Numbered from the stretch's first letter, positions 9,168 through 19,542 are shown. The stretch: 64,000 bases of DNA from a bacterium (GCA_029778565.1 JAKOQC010000249.1:45611-109610), one strand, 5' to 3'. Notes: generated by a model not told the origin, from the sequence alone. Numbers and translations: made by a program.

Positions 9168-10553
9168 ATGAAAAAAACCGCAGCAATTTTGGCTGCCAAA
9201 GTAGTTAAGTCGGCATCACGCATAAAAAAAACCGCAGCCACAGCTGCTCCGGGTTATTTGGCTGAGCGGATTGATCCAAACCTGTTAAAAAAGTTGGGTA
9301 GCATTAATTTTCCTGATGGTGTTGTGTTGGTTACAGGTACAAATGGTAAGACTACTACGACAAAGGTATTAGCCGACGTCTTGCGAAATGGGGATATTTC
9401 TTTTGTGAACAATCGCGCCGGTTCTAACCTGAGCAGAGGTGTTATTAGCTCGATACTGACCGAAGCGAATTTAAGAGGTTTTACCCAGGCACGCGTTGGA
9501 TTATTTGAGGTAGATGAAGCCTATTTACCAGAAGTGGCTGCCGCCCTACAGCCCAAAATGGTGGTGGTGACAAATTTATTTCGAGATCAACTTGATAGAT
9601 ATGGAGAGCTGGATAGTATTGCCAATAAGTTTCGGCAAGCGTTTAAGAATCTGCATTCTACTACTTTGGTCTTGAATGCTGATGATCCATTGGTGGCTAG
9701 CCTTGGTATGAAACTCAGTGGAAGTCTAAAGGTCTTGTACTTTGGTATATCTGATAAGTCGGCTTTTAGGGCATTACAACACGATAACAGTGCCGATAGT
9801 ATTGTTGACCCATTTAGTGGTGATACATTGCGCTATACACACCGGTATTTTGGCCATATTGGTCTTTATACTACCAAATCACATTCGTTTAGCCGACCCA
9901 AGCCACAAATAAATGTTACTAAACTAATAAAATCTAGTGAGAAAAGTATAAAAATAAATGTAAAAACTACAACGGAATTACTTTCCGTATCTGTAAATCT
10001 TTCAGGAAACTATAATATATACAATGTTCTGCCAGCATTTGCCACGGCACAATTATTTAGAATAAATAACACCATAGTTTTGCAGACACTTGCCAATCTT
10101 AGTGCTGCTTTTGGTAGAACCGAGGCAATGCAAATAGATAAGACAATTTTCGACCTTTATCTAATTAAAAATCCAACAGGTTTTAACCAAGTGATACAGT
10201 CATTTATACAGAAAGACTCTAAATGCCCACTTATACTTGCTATTAACGATAATATTGCTGATGGACGTGATGTATCTTGGTTGTGGGATTGTGCAATTGA
10301 AGATTTTGCATCTAGAGTAGGCCCCGTAATTCTTACAGGCACCCGGGCTCTGGATATGCAACTCCGGCTAATATATGCTGGCTATAAAGGCAAGATAATA
10401 ACCGAGACAAATGCCAAAAATGCACTTAAAACTGCTCTTGGGTTGGCAAAGAATAATCGAGTAATAGTACTTCCTACATATACTGCTATGTTATCTCTTA
10501 GATCTCTTATTAATGAAGCCAACGATGAAACCAGCAAGGAGTTTTGGCAATGA
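9168..10553 (+). CDS. murT: lipid II isoglutaminyl synthase, Mur ligase subunit
   Basis: VTGTNGKTTT, NLFRDQLDRYGE, KNPTG, DGRDVSWLWD, PTYTAM. Confidence 0.93.
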   Translation: MKKTAAILAAKVVKSASRIKKTAATAAPGYLAERIDPNLLKKLGSINFPDGVVLVTGTNGKTTTTKVLADVLRNGDISFVNNRAGSNLSRGVISSILTEANLRGFTQARVGLFEVDEAYLPEVAAALQPKMVVVTNLFRDQLDRYGELDSIANKFRQAFKNLHSTTLVLNADDPLVASLGMKLSGSLKVLYFGISDKSAFRALQHDNSADSIVDPFSGDTLRYTHRYFGHIGLYTTKSHSFSRPKPQINVTKLIKSSEKSIKINVKTTTELLSVSVNLSGNYNIYNVLPAFATAQLFRINNTIVLQTLANLSAAFGRTEAMQIDKTIFDLYLIKNPTGFNQVIQSFIQKDSKCPLILAINDNIADGRDVSWLWDCAIEDFASRVGPVILTGTRALDMQLRLIYAGYKGKIITETNAKNALKTALGLAKNNRVIVLPTYTAMLSLRSLINEANDETSKEFWQ

Positions 10554-11266
10554 GAAAACTACGAATTTTACACCTATATCCTGATAGGATGAACATTTAT
10601 GGTGATATGGGGAATATTATTTGCCTACAAAAACGTATGGACTGGTTTGGCTTAAAGCATGAATATATTACCAACACTGTAAGTGAAAAGCTGAGTGGTA
10701 AGTTTGACCTTATTTTTATGGGAGGTGGGCAAGATAGGGGGCAGATAGCTGTAGGGAGTGATTTACAAACCAAACAAGCGATTATTAAAGATCATATTAA
10801 CTCTGGTGTACCAGCTTTGACTATCTGTGGTGGTTATCAGTTATTTGGTAAATACTTCCTTACAAAAGATTCGGGAAAAATAGAAGGAATAAGTGTGTTT
10901 GATGTTGTAACAAAAGCAACAGAATTGAGAATGATAGGTAATATCGTCTGTGTAAGTGACGAATTTGGTACAATTGTCGGGTTTGAGAATCATAGTGGCG
11001 CTACACAACTTGGTGATAGTGCTCAACCACTAGCTAAGGTAATAAAAGGCTATGGAAATGATGGTAAATCTGGTTTTGAGGGGGTAATTTATAAAAATGC
11101 CATTGGTAGCTATCTTCATGGCCCGCTCTTACCTAAAAATCCTTCTCTAGCAGACTTTCTTATTGGCACAGCGGCCCGAAATATTGATAAGCAATTTATA
11201 TTAAAAAACATTGACGATAGTGTAGCTATGCTAGCAAATAGTTATGCTCAAAAATTACCACAGTAG
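10550..11266 (+). CDS. gatD: lipid II isoglutaminyl synthase, glutaminase subunit
   Basis: YGDMGN, GGGQD, ICGGYQL, GFENHSG, YLHGPLLPKNP; ATGA overlap with murT. Confidence 0.93.
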   Translation: MRKLRILHLYPDRMNIYGDMGNIICLQKRMDWFGLKHEYITNTVSEKLSGKFDLIFMGGGQDRGQIAVGSDLQTKQAIIKDHINSGVPALTICGGYQLFGKYFLTKDSGKIEGISVFDVVTKATELRMIGNIVCVSDEFGTIVGFENHSGATQLGDSAQPLAKVIKGYGNDGKSGFEGVIYKNAIGSYLHGPLLPKNPSLADFLIGTAARNIDKQFILKNIDDSVAMLANSYAQKLPQ

Positions 11267-11381
11267 GGTAAAAAACTTTTATTAACTGTCTAGATTTTTT
11301 ATTCATTTACCTCTATAATCAGGAGTAAATATCGAATAAACGCATAAATGAACACATTTATGCAGGACGATAAGGTGGAAG

Positions 11382-12053
11382 ATGTTTGAACAATTGTTTG
11401 GATCAAAAACTCGAGTAAAACTACTTAGCTTGTTTTATAACAATCCCGAGCGTCCTTTTTACGTCAGAGAAATTACTCGCAAAATTGACGAGCAGATTAA
11501 CTCTGTTCGTCGGGAACTGCAAAATTTACTAAATATTGGTATTGTCCGCTCGGTTAACCAAGGTAACCGATTGTATTATGAAGTTAACCCTAAATATAAG
11601 TTTTATAATGAATTGCAGGCGATCTTCTCTAAAATTCCTGCTAAATCAAAAGCTATTAAACAAACCAAAGAAGATGACCATATCTTAAAAGAACTCAAAA
11701 AAGCCGGAAATGTACGTATGGTTTTCCTAAGTGGGGCATTTGTACGAGGCAGTAACCAGTCGATAGATATCTTTATTGTTGGCGATATGAACAAGGCTAA
11801 GCTTGCCAGTATAGTAGCTGAGCTCGAGAAAGAAATGAGTCGAGAGTTAAACTACACTGCAATGCGATTAGAAGATTTTGACTACCGTCGTAACTTAAGT
11901 GATAGATTTTTGCTTGATATACTCGATGCAAAAAAAGCTGTTCTTTTTGATAGTCTAGGCATCTTTGAAAAAGAGAAGAAAGATCAGCCAGAAAAAATTC
12001 CTGTTATTGATCAAAATGAAGATTACTCAACAGTAACAAAATCGGCGGTATAG
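11382..12053 (+). CDS. winged-HTH plus degenerate nucleotidyltransferase-like protein (CPR regulator family)
   Basis: LFGSKTRVKLL...YVREI...NSVRREL HTH; LSG.F...IDIFIVGD. Confidence 0.75.
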   Translation: MFEQLFGSKTRVKLLSLFYNNPERPFYVREITRKIDEQINSVRRELQNLLNIGIVRSVNQGNRLYYEVNPKYKFYNELQAIFSKIPAKSKAIKQTKEDDHILKELKKAGNVRMVFLSGAFVRGSNQSIDIFIVGDMNKAKLASIVAELEKEMSRELNYTAMRLEDFDYRRNLSDRFLLDILDAKKAVLFDSLGIFEKEKKDQPEKIPVIDQNEDYSTVTKSAV

Positions 12054-12056
12054 GGT

Positions 12057-13091
12057 ATGAAAAAAGTACGCCACATTGTCGTAGTATCACCCTTATCGTT
12101 CTTATACTTACTCGGCACGATTATTTTGGTATGGCTTACTATACAGCTATCGGGCATTATATTGTCACTGATTGTGGCTGGTATTTTTGCAATTGCCCTT
12201 AATCCACTCGTTACTTTTTTAGAAGAAAAGCTAAAAATTCGTCGTGGTTTTGCCGTGGCAATAGTAATTATCAGTATAGTGGCGGTATTTGCTTTTATTA
12301 TGTGGCTAATCATTCCAACTACAATTACGCAGGCTCAGACTCTGGCAAAAAATTGGCCATCATACCAAACAAAGCTTAAAGACTATACTTCTCATAACAG
12401 CAACCTATCATGGGCATATCAGCGTGGTGAACAGTTATTCCGAGATAATACAAGTCGTATCTCTAATAACCTAACGAGCATCTCACTGAGTTTAGCTGGT
12501 GGTCTCTTTAGCTTTCTTACTTTCTTTGTCTTCTTAATTTATATGTTAGCCAGTGGTCGCCGGTTTGCGGTAATACTTTCTGGTTTGTTACCTAAGAAGG
12601 CCTGGCGTATACAGTTTGTGAGTATTATGCATGATGTTTCTAATAAACTTGGACATTGGCTACGTGGGCAACTAGTATTGTGCTTTATTGTCTTTATATT
12701 AAGTTATATTGGTATGTCGATACTTGGTATAGATTATGCATTAACCTTGGCATTATTTGCTGGTCTAATGGAGGCAGTACCGATGGTGGGTGCATACTTA
12801 GGTGCAATACCAGCAGTAGCCTTCGCCTTTGTTACTACTGGATCTCTCTGGAAGACCGCTGCGGTTGCAGTACTGTTCTTGGTAATCCAGCAGCTAGAAG
12901 GTAATATTATTGTGCCTCAAGTAATGAAGAAGGCGGTGGGTGTGCACCCTATGATTGTTCTCTTAGCAGCAATGGTAGGTGGAACGCTGCTTGGTTTTGT
13001 TGGTGTGCTCATAGCTGTGCCAGTCACGGCAGCTTTATCGGTAATATTTTCGAGTATGCGCCAATATTATGATGATAGGATAGAGAAGTAA
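12057..13091 (+). CDS. AI-2E family membrane transporter
   Basis: WLRGQ, VPMVG, IQQLEGNIIVP, G..G...AVP; many TM helices. Confidence 0.9.
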   Translation: MKKVRHIVVVSPLSFLYLLGTIILVWLTIQLSGIILSLIVAGIFAIALNPLVTFLEEKLKIRRGFAVAIVIISIVAVFAFIMWLIIPTTITQAQTLAKNWPSYQTKLKDYTSHNSNLSWAYQRGEQLFRDNTSRISNNLTSISLSLAGGLFSFLTFFVFLIYMLASGRRFAVILSGLLPKKAWRIQFVSIMHDVSNKLGHWLRGQLVLCFIVFILSYIGMSILGIDYALTLALFAGLMEAVPMVGAYLGAIPAVAFAFVTTGSLWKTAAVAVLFLVIQQLEGNIIVPQVMKKAVGVHPMIVLLAAMVGGTLLGFVGVLIAVPVTAALSVIFSSMRQYYDDRIEK

Positions 13092-13119
13092 TCGATAAAA
13101 ATTGTTATAATAGAGTCTT

Positions 13120-13653
13120 ATGGAAATAACCAAAAACAATCAGGATAGCTTTTTACTTGTCACTAAACAGGTAGATGTAGCTATTAACCCAACAGGTGAG
13201 TCAAAAGCAGGTGTGGTATTACAAACTACCTCTGAACATACATATGCGCCTACAAAAGACCAAATAGTTTTTGATGGACCAGGCGAATATGAAGTAAAAA
13301 ATACAATGATCGATGCAGTTGGCTTAAAAAACACAACTGGATTTGTTGTTACATCATCTGGTTTGCGAGTAAGTTTTGTACATACCGACGAAAATAACCT
13401 CGATGAGTCCCAGATAGAGGCTTTGGGCAACCCGGATATTCTAATAATTAAGGTATTCGGAGATAAAGCCGAGTCACTCAATAAGCTTATTAGTGAGTTG
13501 GAGCCCAGTATTGTTGTACCCTTTGGCTACAGCGAAGATCAATTAAAGTCACTTTCGGCAGAATTTGGAAAAGACATTACTCGAAGTGCTAAGCTTAAAG
13601 TTAGTAAAAAGGATGTCTCGATAGAAAATCAACAACTTATTGTCTTAGAGTAG
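13120..13653 (+). CDS. degenerate MBL-fold protein
   Basis: DGPGEYEVK and ELEPSIVVP motifs; metal-binding His motifs eroded. Confidence 0.7.
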   Translation: MEITKNNQDSFLLVTKQVDVAINPTGESKAGVVLQTTSEHTYAPTKDQIVFDGPGEYEVKNTMIDAVGLKNTTGFVVTSSGLRVSFVHTDENNLDESQIEALGNPDILIIKVFGDKAESLNKLISELEPSIVVPFGYSEDQLKSLSAEFGKDITRSAKLKVSKKDVSIENQQLIVLE

Positions 13654-13663
13654 GCAAGTAGTA

Positions 13664-13699
13664 ACAAAAAAGCCACCATTTATTGGTGGCTTTTTTGTT
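13664..13699. terminator. bidirectional intrinsic terminator
   Basis: AACAAAAAAGCCACCA-TTTA-TTGGTGGCTTTTTTGTT. Confidence 0.85.
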
Positions 13700-13708
13700 A
13701 ATAGAGTA

Positions 13709-13948
13709 TTATTTCTTGGTTGGGTTCTCGGTTGCAGCAGCCAATTCCTTGGCGTTTAGTTGGGTTTCATACTTGCGTAGAGTACGAATTGTAGAAGCAG
13801 CCAGCTTTAAGCGAACCTTCTGGCCATCTATTACCAGGGTCTTCATTTGTAGGTTTGGCTTCCAGGCTTTTGGAGTGGCTCGCAAAGAGTGTGAGCGGTT
13901 ATTACCAAACTGTTTTCCTTTACCGGTGATATCGCATTTGTATGACAT
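13709..13948 (-). CDS. rpmB: 50S ribosomal protein L28
   Basis: CDITGK...GNNRSHS...W.PNLQ. Confidence 0.95.
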   Translation of the reverse strand: MSYKCDITGKGKQFGNNRSHSLRATPKAWKPNLQMKTLVIDGQKVRLKLAASTIRTLRKYETQLNAKELAAATENPTKK

Positions 13949-14044
13949 AACCAGACTAGTGTAACAGGTTATAAATTAAATTTCAAGTCTAAAAAGAAGG
14001 TATTCTTTTGCGTTCAAACCTATATCTGCAGTACTATAGAGACT

Positions 14045-14680
14045 ATGCATATCGATATTATTACATTAGTAATGTATCTCATTATCCTGGTTATAGCTCT
14101 GACTATACACGAGTTTTGCCATGCCTGGGCTGGACATTTACTGGGAGATGTAACCGCCAAACAACACGGGAGACTTACTCTTAACCCATTGGCACATATT
14201 GACCCGCTAACAACCCTACTATTACCGATTGGGTTGATTATGCTTGGCTCGCCAGTTGTGTTTGGTGCGGCTCGACCAGTACCATTTAACCCATATGCGG
14301 TGCGATATGATAAATGGGGTGTAGTTTTGGTAGCAATCGCCGGTCCACTGAGCAATTTGGCTATGGCAGTTGTGGTAGGTCTGTATCTACGCTTTGTACC
14401 TATCTCGGGAATATATGGTCAATTTTTATTACAATTTGTAATAGTGAATCTAGCTTTCTTTATATTTAATATGATCCCATTTCCGCCACTAGATGGAAGT
14501 AGGGTATTATATGCTATTGCACCTGCATCAATTCGCGACATTATGGATAGAATTGAAAATTACGGTATTGTAGTGGTATTTGTGTTTATTTTGTTCTTAT
14601 TTCCGCTTATCACTCCATTTATCACCAGAAGTGTACAGTTTTTACTAAACCTTATCGTGGGTGGCTCAGTAGGCCTGTAG
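14045..14680 (+). CDS. site-2 protease (M50) family
   Basis: HEFCH, TLNPLAHID, AGP.SN, FNMIPFPPLDG. Confidence 0.92.
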   Translation: MHIDIITLVMYLIILVIALTIHEFCHAWAGHLLGDVTAKQHGRLTLNPLAHIDPLTTLLLPIGLIMLGSPVVFGAARPVPFNPYAVRYDKWGVVLVAIAGPLSNLAMAVVVGLYLRFVPISGIYGQFLLQFVIVNLAFFIFNMIPFPPLDGSRVLYAIAPASIRDIMDRIENYGIVVVFVFILFLFPLITPFITRSVQFLLNLIVGGSVGL

Positions 14681-14697
14681 CGTGCTAGAATAAGAAT

Positions 14698-14860
14698 GAG
14701 TTCTGCTACGCCCGCACTTTACTAAGGTTACATATTTTTTCTGCTTAGACATTTTACTAGGGAATCTTAGATTACTCTTAAGGAAAGCCTTAGGATGTTG
14801 CGGATACCCACCTGAACTTTTTTTCAGGAAAAATACTAGCCTTGCGGCGATGCGGACTCT
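14698..14860 (+). ncRNA. ssrS: probable 6S RNA
   Basis: ~160-nt rod closed by GAGTTCTGC..CGCCCGCA / TGCGGCG..GCGGACTC; internal CCCACCTG as in Firmicutes-type 6S; -10 TAGAAT at 14686. Confidence 0.6.
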
Positions 14861-14888
14861 AAAGAAATTATAAAAAAAACGGCGCTTT

Positions 14889-15446
14889 CTAGAGTTGAAA
14901 GTGTCGTTTTATTTTAGCTTCGTCTTCGAGATGGCTCGCAACAATGAGTCGAATTTTTTGACCGAGATTATAGCGAGCTCTGGTGGTTTCAACATATTTT
15001 ATCGGGTTATATGGTGAAAGCCAAAGACCTTTGCTGTAGTTGTAGAAATGAGCATTTTTAAGGTCAAGAATAATTTGATTACGTATTGCTTTCTGGCTCT
15101 CTGGTATATCAAAGGTAACAAGGTAATAGCGGCCATCCCATCGACCAGTGGTTGGGATACTAGCTCGGGTCTGTTCGCGTTGTAGTTTAGTGCGACCCTT
15201 CTGAGTGATAGTGTAGACTTTCTGGTTATCGAGTATTCCGACACTTATATAACCCTGCTTGGCAAGGAGCGCTAGTGTATCAGTAATACGTCTCGAAGCG
15301 GTGGTGGTTTTTGAATCAGAAAATACCGATACCAGGCTTGGTTCGGTGGTAATTTTGCTTTGCCGCAAAAGGTCTTTCTTGGCAATAAAAGAAAGTATTT
15401 GAGCTGATTTGGTTAGATTCTGCACTAAAATTACTCTTACATACAT
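14889..15446 (-). CDS. PaaX-like wHTH regulator with Cas2-like C-terminal fold
   Basis: Y.ITQKG wHTH followed by WDGRYYLVTFDIPE. Confidence 0.75.
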   Translation of the reverse strand: MYVRVILVQNLTKSAQILSFIAKKDLLRQSKITTEPSLVSVFSDSKTTTASRRITDTLALLAKQGYISVGILDNQKVYTITQKGRTKLQREQTRASIPTTGRWDGRYYLVTFDIPESQKAIRNQIILDLKNAHFYNYSKGLWLSPYNPIKYVETTRARYNLGQKIRLIVASHLEDEAKIKRHFQL

Positions 15447-15521
15447 AGTATGTCATAACATAAGCTTTATGTGAATAGTATTATCAGAACTACTTTGTGA
15501 TATCTGGTATAATTTTTTCAT

Positions 15522-15598
15522 CGGGGTGTGGCGCAGTTGGCTAGCGCGTACGGCTGGGGGCCGTGAGGTCGGCAGTTCGAGTCTGCTCACCCCGACCA
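15522..15598 (+). tRNA. tRNA-Pro(GGG)
   Basis: CGGGGTG/CACCCCG acceptor, TACGG-CTGGGGG-CCGTG anticodon arm, GTTCGA T-loop, CCA. Confidence 0.97.
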
Positions 15599-15715
15599 GT
15601 CAAAATATCCAAGCGTAGCTTGGGTACTTTGACTGGAAGAATGTATGAGAACTGCCATATTTTGCTCTAGCACAATGGCAGTTAGCGCGAATGAATAGTA
15701 TTCAATTCGAGCGCT

Positions 15716-15735
15716 GTCTGCTCACCCCGACCAGT
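15716..15735 (+). repeat. 20-bp duplicate of tRNA-Pro 3' end (att-like scar)
   Basis: GTCTGCTCACCCCGACCAGT identical to 15581-15600. Confidence 0.85.
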
Positions 15736-15793
15736 AATTATTTTGAAATAGCTATGCTTTACATTTTGCGACGTTGGTCGTAGTTTAGAACTA

Positions 15794-15946
15794 ATGGGTA
15801 AACTTATAACTATTACCGTAATCGTGTCGTTATTGTTGATGTATGGCAAGTACATGGCAGATATGCAGCAGCAGGCTGTGCAAAATCTTAACAATATTAC
15901 GCATTTATATAGTCATGCCGAAGAAGTAGCTGCACAGCTGCACTAA
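15794..15946 (+). CDS. small 50-aa protein with N-terminal hydrophobic helix
   Basis: MGKLITITVIVSLLLMYGKYMADMQQQAVQNLNNITHLYSHAEEVAAQLH; below the ORF-track cutoff. Confidence 0.55.
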   Translation: MGKLITITVIVSLLLMYGKYMADMQQQAVQNLNNITHLYSHAEEVAAQLH

Positions 15947-15976
15947 AACAAGTCTAAGTGCTATACTAAATAAGTT

Positions 15977-16384
15977 ATGGCTGATTCTGTATTTACCAAG
16001 ATGCTTAAGGGTGAAATCCCACGAGAGATTATCTATAAGGACGATGTGTGTTTTGTTATTCCAACCATCGCGCCTCATACAGAAGGTCATGTAATGGTGA
16101 TACCGATAAAACAGGTGGCAAATTGGGAAGACTTAGATCCTAAGACCTATCAACACTGTATGGAGGTTGTGCAAAAAATGGGGAAGATATTAAAAAAAGT
16201 ATATCAATGCCCAAAGGTTGGGTTAGAAATTGTTGGATTTGAAGTGCCTCATGTACATATAAATGTAATTCCGTTCTATAAGATAGAAGACATGGATCAT
16301 ACGAGTGCTAAAGAGGTAGAATTTACCACATTACAGCCGGTTGCCGAGAAGATTCGTACAGCAATAAAGCAGGAGGGAGCATAA
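15977..16384 (+). CDS. HIT family hydrolase
   Basis: DSVFTK..GEIP, GHVMVIP, EVPHVHIN (third His replaced by Asn). Confidence 0.9.
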   Translation: MADSVFTKMLKGEIPREIIYKDDVCFVIPTIAPHTEGHVMVIPIKQVANWEDLDPKTYQHCMEVVQKMGKILKKVYQCPKVGLEIVGFEVPHVHINVIPFYKIEDMDHTSAKEVEFTTLQPVAEKIRTAIKQEGA

Positions 16385-16388
16385 AATA

Positions 16389-17171
16389 ATGATATTTATT
16401 GTAATATTACTTTCAATTGTACAGGCGATTACAGAATTCCTGCCTATCAGCAGCTCAGCTCACTTATTGTTAGTACCCTGGGCTTTCAATCTAACTGATC
16501 CGGGATTGGCTTTTGATGCTGCAATTCATATTGGTACGGCTCTTGCATTGCTGGTCTTCTTCTGGAAAGACTTTTGGAAGATGGTAAAGACCAAAGATAG
16601 ACTTCTTTGGTACATAGTTGTTGCATCTATTCCAGCGGGCGTAATTGGATTCTTTGGTGATAAGTTTATCGAGAAAACTCTGCATGCTAGCAGTTATGCA
16701 CCACTCATTGTTGGTATAGGAATGATTTTCTTCTCATTACTGCTGTACTATGTTGATACGGTTGGTAAAAAGAAAGAGCAAGAAAAAGAAATTACGCTAA
16801 AGCAAAGTTTATTTGTAGGCTTTGCCCAGGTTCTTGCCTTTATACCCGGTGCTTCGCGATCTGGTGTAACTATTACCGCTGGTCTCTGGCTAGGCTTTAC
16901 TCGTAAAGAGGCAGCCCGGTTTAGTTTTTTACTTGCTACTCCTATCTCATTAGGAGCCGGTCTATATAAACTCTTAGAATTAATTAAAAACCCTAGCCCA
17001 ACACTTTCTAACTTTGATATTCTTGTAGGAATTATAGTTACCTTTGTTGCCGGTATCGTAGTAATTAAGTGGTTATTAGATTACCTCAAAAACCACTCAA
17101 TGTTGTTATTTGTAATATATAGAATCGTAATTGGATTGGCAGTAGTAGGGCTATGGCTGATACGGAGGTAA
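16389..17171 (+). CDS. uppP: undecaprenyl-diphosphatase BacA
   Basis: TEFLPISSSAH, PGASRSG, AARFSFLL. Confidence 0.95.
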   Translation: MIFIVILLSIVQAITEFLPISSSAHLLLVPWAFNLTDPGLAFDAAIHIGTALALLVFFWKDFWKMVKTKDRLLWYIVVASIPAGVIGFFGDKFIEKTLHASSYAPLIVGIGMIFFSLLLYYVDTVGKKKEQEKEITLKQSLFVGFAQVLAFIPGASRSGVTITAGLWLGFTRKEAARFSFLLATPISLGAGLYKLLELIKNPSPTLSNFDILVGIIVTFVAGIVVIKWLLDYLKNHSMLLFVIYRIVIGLAVVGLWLIRR

Positions 17172-17557
17172 TTGTCTATTGTGACGGGGGTAGTCGGGGC
17201 AATCCTGGGCCTTCAGCTTCAGGTGTTGTAATAAAATCTACAAAAGGTAAGGTTTTGGCTGAATATTGTGAATTCTTGGGCGAGCGCACCAACAATTATG
17301 CAGAATATTCAGCAGTAATTTTGGCACTGCAAAAGTTGCACGAAATGGGGGTGAGCAAAGCTGACTTTTATTTAGATAGTCAGTTGGTGGTACGTCAGCT
17401 GAATGGGGAGTACAAAATAAAACATCAAGATATGAAGTTATTATTTGCAAAAGTCGAAGAATTATCTCGAGGAATTGAGGTGAGCTATACGCATGTTTTG
17501 CGCGCAGACAACAAAGAGGCAGATGCAATGGTTAATAAGTGTTTAGATGCTGAATAG
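17153..17557 (+). CDS. rnhA: ribonuclease HI
   Basis: DGGSRGNPG, TNNYAEY, DSQLVV.QLNG, N..AD. Confidence 0.93.
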   Translation: MADTEVIVYCDGGSRGNPGPSASGVVIKSTKGKVLAEYCEFLGERTNNYAEYSAVILALQKLHEMGVSKADFYLDSQLVVRQLNGEYKIKHQDMKLLFAKVEELSRGIEVSYTHVLRADNKEADAMVNKCLDAE

Positions 17558-17599
17558 ATTACTATAGACAATTGTATAATATTATACTAAAATAATAAT

Positions 17600-18064
17600 G
17601 TGAGTTAGCGCACAATCGCTCGTTTTTTACGAGAGGAAAGTCCGAACAGCACAGAGTACAGTAGTTGCTAACGGCAACCTAGGGTAACCTACGGGAAAGT
17701 GCCGCAGAAACTATACCGCCCCTCACCATATCACTTGAGTTACGAGTGATATGGTGAGGGGTAAGGGTGAAAAGAGTGTCCTCGCTTGCGAGGAGTAAGT
17801 TTTAATCACACAGTGATCAATATTTACAGGTAAGAGCTCACAATCTTAGTTGGTGACAATTAAGAGTTGGTAAACCCTGCTGGCTGCAAGATTAATGGAT
17901 CCTTCTACATATTGTAGACAAGTTACTCGCTTGAGAAATAGGATATATCGCATGATCCCACGCCATCTGATGGTGCGGGACGCCCGGAAACGGGAAGATA
18001 GATGATTGTGGTCTCTCACTATGCAATGGTGAGAGATACAGAATTCGGCTTATAACTAACTCAC
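17600..18064 (+). ncRNA. rnpB: RNase P RNA
   Basis: GAGGAAAGTCC, AGTGCCGCAGAAA, GGTAAACCC, ACAGAATTCGGCTTAT; P1 GTGAGTTAG/CTAACTCAC; terminator follows. Confidence 0.95.
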
Positions 18065-18114
18065 ACCAGAAAAAGCTCTATTGAATAGGGCTTTTTTGGT
18101 ATAATAAAGCAAGC

Positions 18115-19536
18115 ATGAAAAAACGCAGCGAGCTGGCATTTTTGCTTATACATATACCAATAGACTATCTTATGATTGTTTTTGGATTTGCTCTGGCGTA
18201 CTTAATTCGAGAAGGGCAAGCCAAACCGTTTGCCTATTCGATAGCAGGACGACAGTACCTACTCGGTCTTTTAGTACTGTTGATTAGTTGGTTAGTAATT
18301 TATGCACTCTTTGGTTTATATAGTTTTAGTAGCGCTCACCGTTCGCGTTTGAGCGAGTTTAGTCGTATCGTGGGGGCTTCGGCAATTGGTACTACACTAC
18401 TAATTATTTTCGATTTCTTTTCTACTAATCCAATCTTTCCGTCGAAGGCTGTACCAATATATGCATTCTTGTTTGCTACGGTTTTAGTCTGTTTAGCTCG
18501 ATATAGTCTTTATTTATTACAACAGCTTTTATATCGCTATCAATTTGGAACTCACAATACGTTGATATTAGGTAGTGGCCCAGCGCGGATAGAGCTCGAG
18601 AATGTATTGAATAATATGGCACGTGGATACCATATTGTTGCAAATAATACTACAAAAAGTTTTTTTAGCCAGAAAAATTGGCAAGAACTTCAGAGCAAGT
18701 ACAATTTAGATGATATCTTTTATATCGATAACAGTGAAGATGCAGAAGCAATAACAAAGCTATTATTGTTTTGTCGACAACATCAAGTACAGTTACATGT
18801 GGTACCAACTATTCGTGAGCTCTATGGCACTACTATGAAAACCGCCCGACTTGGTGATATGGCGTTACTAGAAGTAATAGCAACACCCTTAGATGGTTGG
18901 GGGCGGGTTGTTAAGCGAATTGTTGATCTCTTATTGTGTATGGCGGTACTCTGCATAGCTCTACCGGTAATGGCAATAATCGCAATTCTGATTAAAATCT
19001 TTGATAATGGTCCGGTGTTTTATACGCACAAAAGAATTACTCGTTCGAGTAAACCATTAAAAATCCTCAAGTTCCGTAGTATGAAACAGATGTACTGTAC
19101 TGGCGGAAAATATGACGGCAAGACAGATTTAGAGGTTTTAAAAACGTTTAATGATCCAGAGTTAATTGCAGAGTTTAAGCGTGATCAAAAAGTGAAGAAT
19201 GATCCGCGTGTAAGTTCGATTGGTCGTTTTTTACGTCGCACCAGCTTAGATGAATTACCGCAGCTGTTTAATGTATTAGCAGGACAGCTCAGCTTTGTAG
19301 GGCCTCGACCGATTGTAGAAAATGAACTTAGTCGCTATGGTGATGAATCGGGAATTTTCTTACATATTAAGCCGGGTCTAACTGGACTATGGCAGGTTTC
19401 TGGCAGGAATGATATTGACTATGATTCTCGGGTAAAATTAGACATTTACTATATAGAAAATTGGAGTTTGGGACTAGATATCTCTATTCTGTTTCGAACA
19501 ATTCCGGTTGTTCTATTTGGTAGAAGTGGATATTAG
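18115..19536 (+). CDS. polyprenyl glycosylphosphotransferase (WcaJ/WbaP-type sugar transferase)
   Basis: KFRSM, DPRV...[33 protein letters not shown]. Confidence 0.93.
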   Translation: MKKRSELAFLLIHIPIDYLMIVFGFALAYLIREGQAKPFAYSIAGRQYLLGLLVLLISWLVIYALFGLYSFSSAHRSRLSEFSRIVGASAIGTTLLIIFDFFSTNPIFPSKAVPIYAFLFATVLVCLARYSLYLLQQLLYRYQFGTHNTLILGSGPARIELENVLNNMARGYHIVANNTTKSFFSQKNWQELQSKYNLDDIFYIDNSEDAEAITKLLLFCRQHQVQLHVVPTIRELYGTTMKTARLGDMALLEVIATPLDGWGRVVKRIVDLLLCMAVLCIALPVMAIIAILIKIFDNGPVFYTHKRITRSSKPLKILKFRSMKQMYCTGGKYDGKTDLEVLKTFNDPELIAEFKRDQKVKNDPRVSSIGRFLRRTSLDELPQLFNVLAGQLSFVGPRPIVENELSRYGDESGIFLHIKPGLTGLWQVSGRNDIDYDSRVKLDIYYIENWSLGLDISILFRTIPVVLFGRSGY

Positions 19537-19542
19537 GAGTTT

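Noticed and set aside
9168-11266. murT/gatD as a novel system
   Set aside because: Well-characterised peptidoglycan amidation pair
14889-15446. Cas2 / CRISPR-Cas locus
   Set aside because: FDIPE domain is fused to a wHTH (PaaX-like); no cas1 or array in the window
15682-15894. 70-aa minus-strand ORF
   Set aside because: Overlaps the tRNA 3' duplicate and a more plausible plus-strand 50-aa ORF
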